NCBI GenBank assembly: GCA_028534125.1
Contig: CM052818.1
Location: 46,192,001-46,256,000 of the forward strand
DNA: 64,000 nucleotides
Direction of reading: 5' to 3'
DNA from: Lama glama
Taxonomy: Eukaryota
Position numbers and translations under genes: made by a program
Part shown: piece after piece, positions 60,640-64,000 of the stretch
Position numbering within the stretch: position 1 is the first letter of the stretch
How the letters are laid out: each line of letters begins with the position of its first letter
Notes under the pieces: generated by a model
What the model saw: the letters and a program-made list of their open reading frames with translations, nothing else
What the model was told of the DNA's origin: nothing
The model's database searches: none

Positions 60640-60965
60640 TTATGTAAGACAAGGGAAGACACAGAACAGCTACAGACTGCAGGAGACTAGAATGAAGTAG
60701 CAGCAGCAATGTGGGGTCCTGGAGAGAAACCCAGAACAGAAAAAGGTAAAACTTGGTAAGATCTGTAGTCATTAGCCTCGCAGCAACGTGAATTTCTGAT
60801 TTCGACAGTTGCGGAGAAGGCTGGTACTACGTACTCAACAGTGTCGGATAAGCTGTGCTAAGATACCAGTATTAGGGGGAATTGGATGAAGGAGATACAG
60901 AATGTCTGTTTACAATCAGTCCAAAAATAAAGTAAAAAAGAAAATTAAATTTAAAAAACAGAAAA
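60640..60965 (+). mobile_element. Old L1M (L1MC/ME-like) 3' fragment
   Basis: GGGGTCCTGGAGAGAAACCCAGAACAGAAAAAGG...TTAGGGGGAATTGGATGAAGG...A-rich end. Confidence 0.55.
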
Positions 60966-61498
60966 AAAGAGAGACGAGTCACCATCTCCAGATGCAGTGA
61001 CAAGCAGCGACTGTTCTTGGGGTGCACAGCACACATCTGTGCCCCTCAAAATGGGCAAACATGTCATCTTCCAATCGTGGTTTTAAAACTCCTCGCAAGC
61101 ACTTAGGTTCTTAGAACAATTCCTGGTGAGCTGACCAGGAGGAGGGGAGGCCCACAGAGATGAAGGGGCAAAAACAAACCCAGTGGCAGAGGGCTCGGGT
61201 TTGCTCTGGGCTCCAAATAGGAGACGGAGCCGAGCTGAACGCTGGGAGGTGTTGCAACCAGATGCTGGAAGAGAGGGATCGCTCTGCCTGCTCCCACCTC
61301 TACCTGGTGTGCAGAGCTCACCTGGAGGAGGGCCGGGGTAGGGGCTGGGGTGCAGGCAGAGCCACTTCACACACTAAGTAGATCTCAGAGTCCTCAGGGA
61401 GCCGTGACCATGGCGGGTTGTGCCAGAGGCTTGTGTCTGACATCAGCCCTAAAACCCTCCAAGTGTTCCCCGAGCCTCTCCATGGCTAGATCAGGCAC

Positions 61499-61528
61499 AG
61501 ATCAAGTAGATCAAGTAGATCAAGTAGA
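61499..61528. repeat. 9-bp tandem repeat (AGATCAAGT)x3.3
   Basis: Directly visible. Confidence 0.9.
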
Positions 61529-64000
61529 AAGAGGGGGCGGGGGTGGGGGAGAAAAGTCACCCATTTCCTGTGGCTAATTCTGTGTTCTAACACGTGAACG
61601 CTGGAGAACCAGGGGAAATTCTCCATGAAAGCTTCCAAATAAAAAAGCACTCATATGGACACTTTAAAGATGCCTATAAACCAAGAACAGTTTCTAGCAG
61701 CTATTAGAGGGAGAAGAAAACCAAGAGGAGATGGCAGAGACGGTCAGAGCCCTGACGTGACAGTGTCCTGGGAAGGGCTGCTTCTCCGCCCCAGGTCTGG
61801 ATCCAATTGGCCACGAACCCTCTGCGTGGATCCAGAAAGTCACCGACTGTCGGTGGGCCTGTCCCACTCAGGGAACTGGCCTGGATCACCTCCAAGTTCT
61901 CCACATCTTCCACCACGGGAGGCTAATGGCCCAGGACTGGAGTCTGCAAACAGTGGGGTCAATCTGAGGGCAAGAGGGTTGGACAGGGTCCCGGAAGGGC
62001 TGGCCTTGCCGCAGGGACGGCCCACCTGAGAAGCTAGGCCCACTGACTACTTGATCAGAGCGGGGAACCCGTGCCTGCGGAAAGGACTGTGGAGGAGGAT
62101 CCCGCAGGGAAACGACTGAGGCCAGCGGTCAGTCTGTTCCTCTCCTGGGCTCCCTGGTAAGCCCAAGATACCTACACCGGGTGAGGGCCAGGAGGACAGG
62201 GCGGCCCGAGGGGCCTGGGAGACCCACACCTGAAACAGCATCTCGCTGCCTGCACCTGCATCTTGACTTCTGTTTCTCCAACCACCCAAAAGTTTAAACA
62301 GCACAAAGGCGACATGTGTCCCGGCAGCCTGGGCAGTCGGTGGAGTCAGACAGAGCTAGACCTGACCCCACGCCCCCACCTTCTTGGGACGCTTGTCAGA
62401 TCAGGGCTCTCCCGCCCTGCAACGTGTTCCCTGATGGCTCCCGTGTGGGTCTGACTGGCTTTCAGTTTTCTCTGTAACAACCCAAACCCCCAGAGCACTG
62501 CCACAAAGCATCGCCACCACAGACACTCCAAGGGGAGAAACACCTTTTGAAAACACGCTGAGGATGAAACATGTGTAGGACAGGGATTCATTCTACCCAC
62601 TGGAGGACACTGGGAAGAAGAAGAGATGAGAGCTTTTTTCAAAGATGACAACGGACTCTGGCAAATTGACAGCAGTGCCTCAAATCAGACTCAGTGAGCC
62701 CTTCCGGGAATCAGAGGCTGGAGCCCTTTCTGCAGGTACTATGTATCAGGATTATGTACTGGCCACTGGAGCAAAGGACACTGATGGAACCTGGATAAAC
62801 GTCCGCTTGCCAGAGCGCGCACCCGTCACCAGATTACACGGAGCCACCGTCCGTGTGTCTGGGGGATGTGGTAACTCCTGCTTGGTCGGCTGTTAGGCGA
62901 GCTCACCACCAGCTGGTCCTCCATGCCTGGCCAGCTGTTGAAACGTGCAGGTTGGGGAACGCTTTGGAGTTTTTTACAAGCATGAAATAAATGCTGCTGC
63001 ACACATGGTCTCTAACGGGGGCCCCCACAAGGGATGCTGGAGTGACTGGGGCAGACGAAGGAGGGCTGGCACCCACCTCCACGCATGCAGAACCCAGCCA
63101 GGCTTGGTTCACTACATGCCATCAGCTCCCGGAGGGTCACCCACTACTTCTCATGGGTTACTGCTTCAGAAAATGGAAAGGCTTCAAGCCCTCTAAGTGT
63201 CCCCAGCCACTGGCTGACGTCAGAGTGCACCATTCTCTCCCTTTTACTGTAACTTTTTATTGCCATCTAAGGGCAGATAATCCCAGCCATGATCACATTT
63301 TAAACTGCGGGCAATTCTCCTCATTTCACACTGTCCTGAATGAGTGAAGGATCTGAGAGCGAGCTTCGGGGAGGAGGCAAAGAACAGTGGGCCTGATTAG
63401 ACTGAGTGGGGCCCGGGGCTGGGAAGAGGATACGGTCAATTTTTATTTTACAGATTCGTCTAGAATCTGTAGAACAGAACAAACCCAAACCCTCCCCACA
63501 CACCACACAGCTCAACATCCTCCCGCAGCTCGGAAACCACCGTGGGCCTCCGTCTCCCCACCTCGCAAGGCGGACACGGTAATCACTCCCGCACAGGTCT
63601 GCTGCGAGCACTTCACTGACAGTAAGCACCACCCACCCGCGGCAGTCCAGTCCAGCCCACAGCTGAAGGAGCAGCCATCTCCTGCTCCGGGAAGCTGAGG
63701 CAGATACAACGGCACCATCTTCCCAAAATGCGTGGTCTGGAGTTTTTCTCTATAAAAGAACTCTTGTGCCCTAATCCCTAGTGATGGCCTTTGAAAGGGA
63801 GCTGGCCCCTTCCTTCCCCGACTGTAGCCCTGCCACCTAGAACTGCCAAGACCAAACCCACGAGGAGGGCAGGGCCTTCCTCGGAGTCAAGTCCTAAACT
63901 GCAGAGACCGGCACGCAGACAATTTTGAGCGCGAAGGGAAAGCACACAGTCACCCAAAATAAAGGCATTCTCTTTGAGAACTGATTTTTCAAAATGCACT

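Noticed and set aside
60144..64000. Next upstream ASAP2 PH-domain exon
   Set aside because: No matching coding segment with splice sites found; it presumably lies beyond the window.

Overview
Mammalian genomic DNA, probably an artiodactyl; the young L1 tails and a SINE remnant suggest a camelid (inference). The window holds the CPSF3-ITGB1BP1-ASAP2 block. (1) CPSF3 (CPSF73 endonuclease), - strand: coding exons 1-5 (173 codons), continuing off the left edge. (2) A shared bidirectional CpG-island promoter at about 9.5-10.6 kb. (3) ITGB1BP1 (ICAP-1), + strand, complete: six coding exons totalling 603 nt, i.e. 200 aa plus stop. (4) ASAP2 (ArfGAP with SH3, ankyrin and PH domains), - strand: the last 16 coding exons (1904 nt, frame-consistent, all GT-AG), whose 3' UTR ends almost tail-to-tail with ITGB1BP1. 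The rest is intron with MIR, L2, L1, MLT and hAT relics. I see no convincing new biological system. The best second-look items are regulatory: an out-of-frame upstream ATG in strong context overlapping the ICAP-1 start, a TSD-flanked retro-insert carrying AATAAA between the convergent 3' ends, an L1 inserted into the branch-point region of ITGB1BP1 exon 3, an unusual ASAP2 cassette-exon architecture, sense-oriented L1 poly(A) signals in CPSF3 intron 2, a candidate extra 5' UTR exon and a near-consensus CTCF site. Exon numbers and repeat family names come from recall, not from alignments or database searches.
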